Of a stretch of 64,000 nucleotides of DNA, positions 60,560-64,000 are shown piece after piece; position 1 is the first letter of the stretch; every line of letters begins with the position of its first letter. The stretch is taken from contig NC_083228.1 in assembly GCF_032191835.1 (NCBI RefSeq), forward strand, positions 122,388,001 to 122,452,000, given 5' to 3'. Below the pieces are notes generated by a model. The model ran no database searches. It was given only the letters and a program-made list of their open reading frames with translations, and was not told the origin of the DNA. The translations under genes and the position numbers were made by a program. The stretch is from Heteronotia binoei. Taxonomy: Eukaryota.

Positions 60560-61110
60560 CACTCACGCTTAAACTGAGCTGGACACGGCGGGGCTCCAAA
60601 GGCGGGAGTGGGGGAAGCTGTCCTCCTTGGCACTACAGCAAGGCAGCCGTTTAAATAAATGCACGGCTGCAGAAATTCAACAGGTGCAGCTTCCGCACAG
60701 CCACCCTCCCGCGCAGCTCTGTTGTTCTCCGCGCTAACGAAAAAAGCCTTTCCCGCTCAACTTCTGCCTGGGCCCAGCGCCTCATCCATCACCTGGCGAA
60801 GCCCAACGAGGGGCTTTTCTCCCCGCCCCAGGCCTGCTGCCCTCATACGCCTGAAGGAAACCGCCTCCGCGCGCGCACAGCCCGCCAGCCGCCCCGCGCC
60901 TCAGCGCCACTCACTCACCCCACCTCCACCACAGAGGCAGACGCACCCGCTTGGCGTACGAAGCCCTCACTCCGCTTCCGCCATGTTCTCACCTCCCTCA
61001 CAGGGAGGCAGCGCGCATGCGCCTCTCGGACGGGAGGACGGGACTGACCACCCTGGGGCGGTCATGTGACTCGATCCCGGTTTTGGGGGGCGGGGCTGCG
61101 CTAGCCTCTT
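60560..61110 (-). promoter_or_regulatory. PHC3: PHC3 CpG-island promoter with YY1, NRF1, E/M-box and GC-box motifs
   Basis: GC- and CpG-rich stretch. CCGCCATGTT (YY1 consensus CCGCCATNTT) at 60978-60987, GCGCATGCGC (NRF1) at 61013-61022, GTCATGTGAC at 61061-61070, GGGGCGGGGC at 61087-61096. Confidence 0.8.
60971..60984 (-). other. PHC3: 3' end of PHC3 exon 1, with the upstream ATG (ATG GCG GAA GCG GA|gtgagg = MAEAE)
   Basis: Matches the start of the long human isoform (MAEAEFKDH). Donor GTGAGG at 60970. Lies inside a CpG island. Confidence 0.88.
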
Positions 61111-61802
61111 GCACGGAAGGTGGTGTGTTCTATAACAGAGGTTGGAAGAACCCGAGATTCGTTCACCGCTGGTGTGCATAGTTTACGCATCTACCGATGT
61201 TTGTTCCAATAAAGGTTCTTTTTCTTTTAAATATAAGTTTTTTATTTTAGTTCCAACGAAGTAGCACAGAAGATAAAGCTAATGTTTGATATTTCAGCAT
61301 TAAAGCTCATACAATAGAAAACAAAGATTAATATTCATTCCAAAAAAGGGGAAAACATTATATTCAAAAATAAATTAAGCTTCTATAGTAATGTGATTTT
61401 GGAACTATGTTGTGTTCTGCCATGTAACTTACTAGAGAGGATACCAGACTGCCACTACTCCGCATTCGTATTGTTCAATAGGTGAATTTGAAAGATTGTA
61501 TGATAATTTGTATAACAGAATGTTCCCAAATCTTTTCATGCCATTGCTCTACAGTTGGTGGAATAAAGGTTCTTGATAAGAATATAAAATTGATTTATTT
61601 TTGCTATCATCGCCCTTATCCATGCCTTTGACTGACAACACTTATCAGGAAAGCTTAGTCGCCCATGACTCCCTTAAGCCATGGCACATGGTAAACACAC
61701 TGTGGAGAATGGGCAGCAGAGTGTGCAGGAAGTGTCCTTGGCACCAGGCAATATAATGGAGTCGGAGTTTCTAGAGCAGCTAGATGTAGAGCAGATCTAG
61801 AT

Positions 61803-61982
61803 CTAGAGTGGTTGCTTGGCATTCAGAAATGTTCAGCTCCAGTCATCACCAGTAAAAAGACCGTGATAGCAGGTGATGTGAAAAACCTCTGTCTAGGCCT
61901 TGAAGAGCCACTGCCGGCCTGGATAGAATAGACCTCAATGGACCAGTAGCCTTGTTCAGTATAGGGTAGCTCTAAGTGTTCC
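61803..61982 (+). mobile_element. Degenerate tRNA-derived SINE, same family
   Basis: gcaggtgatgtgaaaaacctctg...ttcagtatagggtagct. Confidence 0.55.
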
Positions 61983-62324
61983 CTAATGGGCTTAGATTAG
62001 TAACTTGACAGGTTGGCGCTATGGAGCAAACACTTTGCAGATTGTTATCGATTATACAAACCCTAATGATTATTTGAATGACTTGAATTTTTGGAACTGC
62101 ACTTTTTTGTCCTGGAACTGTGACAGCTTTACTCATCTGAGCGAGCAGGGATTTCTGCAGATGGGATGTGCAGATTGGCGAAGTGAGCAACTGCGCTTTC
62201 TCCGTTGTGGCTCCTGCCTTGTGGAATGGTTTGCCGCAGGAGGCTTCCCCTCTAACTATGTCAAACTGAATTATTCAAGAAGGCCTTTTTGCCCAGGTAA
62301 TAGGGTTCCATTGTGCAAAATGAA

Positions 62325-62650
62325 CAAAGCTGGAGTCCAGTGGCACCTTTAAGACCCACAAAGTTTTATTCTGGGTACCAGGTATCTGAAGAAGTGTGTG
62401 TGCACAGAAAAGCCTATACCCAGAATAAAAATTGGTGGGTCTCAGAATAAAAATTGTTGGGTCTCAAACTTTGTTCTGCTGCTTTAGACCCACACTGCTA
62501 TCTACCTGAATCTACTTTATAAAATAGTCCACAAACTGGCTTACTCATTGTAGCTGTATCTGAAGAAGTGAGCAGTGACGAGTCACGAAAGCTCGTACCC
62601 AGCCACAGACTTTGTTAGTCTTTAAGGTGCTGCTGGTCTCTTCCTCTTTA
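62325..62650. repeat. Cluster of short dispersed repeats resembling Penelope-type terminal repeats
   Basis: ctgaagaagtg...gaaagctc...ttgttagtctttaaggtgc motif. It also occurs near 5505-5685, 7920-7985, 8590-8670, 28140-28260, 32620-32720 and 62900-63050. The family assignment is from memory. Confidence 0.45.
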
Positions 62651-63259
62651 AAACTTACTTGGGTAAATGAATTCTGGTTGGTTATAGATTTCTACCGTCC
62701 TAGTACACTTTGCATTGAATGTCCCATTTTGTTGACTGTGCTTACTCCTTTTGTGTGTAATGCACCTTGAGTCCCCTTGAAAAAGGCGGACTATAAATCA
62801 CATGCATGAATGAATGAATGAATATTTGATCTAGCTGTTCCTCAAACAAGAGCTGTTTCTATCCCACAGTAATTCCAGAGGTTGCCATGTCAGTCTGTAT
62901 TGCAGCAAAACAAAAGACCAGCAGCACCGTAAAGGCTATCCACATTTATTTTGGAATGAGCTGCCATGAAGTGAGCTCCGACTGATGAAAGCTCATGATG
63001 AAATAAACGTTGTTACTCTTCAAGGTGTCACTAGACTTCGCTTTTATTCAATGCCACCAGACAGTATGCAAGGGTTAATACTACCCACTGATTCCAATCG
63101 CATTGTTAGGTTTTACGACCTATACGTATCACAGCCGCAGTCGTAATAAATATCTGCTAATTAAACTCTAAAAGCACCACGATCTAGACACCATTCGCTG
63201 CAAACCCGGGCATCGCGGAAGGCTGACGAGCTTATACAACCCGCTTGCTCTGTTGGGGA

Positions 63260-63308
63260 ACTACATTACCCAAAAGTCTCTGCGGCACTGCTTTCTGGGA
63301 GTTGTAGT
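63260..63308. promoter_or_regulatory. Inverted pair of ZNF143/THAP11-type ACTACAnnTCCCA motifs
   Basis: ACTACATTACCCA at 63260-63272 (+) and ACTACAACTCCCAGAAAGC at 63308-63290 (-). Confidence 0.65.
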
Positions 63309-63779
63309 AATCGCGTGCTACGGCTGAAGCGGCCTGTACTCTGCATATAAGAGGATGCTCAGCGCACGCTTCTGCTTTCCTTTTTAAACTTTGGGCAGAA
63401 GGCTCTGGTGTTTGTCGACTTGTACTCAAGCCGACTTATTTTAAAACAAGTTGACCCCTTTATTCCTTTCCTCTGTCCCTTTAAGTGTGCAGTGGTACAA
63501 TCCATTCACCAGCTATTAATGTAGCCGAGAAAAAGGTGACGTCTGAAAGAATGGTAAATCGGCTGGCAGGCTTTTTACTTATCGGAAGGTGTATTTTTGG
63601 TCAGGTTTAACAGGTACAGGATATGCTCGTAGGTCTGAATGCCCTCCTACTGTTTCATTCGGAATTCCCTCCCCACAAGAACACCTTATTGTTTTGACTT
63701 CACCCGGGGTTCTTGGAAGTGGTTTGTCCCACATTCCCTCGCCTCCTTCCTTCCCAGGAGTTTGATACGCTGGGCGAAG

Positions 63780-64000
63780 GAAGGGGGGGGGGAGGGGAGG
63801 AGCGAGTCTTTTCTTTCTCACGCGCACCGCACAGACACACACAGGCTCGCGGGAGGGGCTAGGTCGCGTGCGGCTTCGGAGCGCGGAGCCGAGCGGGCGC
63901 TGCTTCGCCCTCAGCCGTTTAACGGCTCGCTTGGGGCGCGAGGCGACGAGCGTGCGCAGGACAAGCTCGCTTCCCCCCCCCCCTCCTTAAACATTCCGCC
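63780..64000. promoter_or_regulatory. Start of a second CpG island, probably the promoter of the neighbouring gene (PRKCI by human synteny, not demonstrable here)
   Basis: Very CpG-dense, GC-rich sequence running off the window end. No coding sequence is visible. Confidence 0.6.

Noticed and set aside
61110-64000. Telomerase RNA or another known ncRNA near the ZNF143-type motifs (TERC is in the same human chromosomal band)
   Set aside because: No CTAACCCTAA template or H/ACA layout was seen, and no PRKCI coding sequence is in the window, so no gene is called.

Overview
Vertebrate genomic DNA, most likely squamate and probably gecko-like, judging from the CR1, L2, Sauria/Squam-type SINE and hAT MITE content. 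The window holds the 5' three-quarters of PHC3 (Polycomb PRC1 subunit) on the minus strand. Eleven exons could be mapped with canonical AG/GT boundaries and continuous reading phase, from a CpG-island promoter near 61 kb down to 1045; the FCS and SAM exons lie outside the window. The main result is in the 27.3-kb PHC3 intron 6 (15895-43240). It carries two complete, intronless AKAP4-like (AKAP3/AKAP4 sperm fibrous-sheath family) ORFs in tandem on the opposite strand: 20763-22838 (691 aa) and 36557-38899 (780 aa). The two share an indel-free 114-bp upstream block (101/114 identical by hand count, against 41/60 for the first 20 codons). That block contains CRE-like and RFX X-box-like motifs and identical short upstream ORFs. 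The PKA-anchoring helices have diverged differently in the two copies. Other observations: the PHC3 upstream ATG (MAEAE) is closed by an in-frame stop; there is a candidate alternative terminal exon or recursive splice site at 41472/41471; and an inverted pair of ZNF143-type motifs lies before a second CpG island, possibly the PRKCI promoter by synteny. All family and orthology assignments come from my recollection of sequences, not from database searches.
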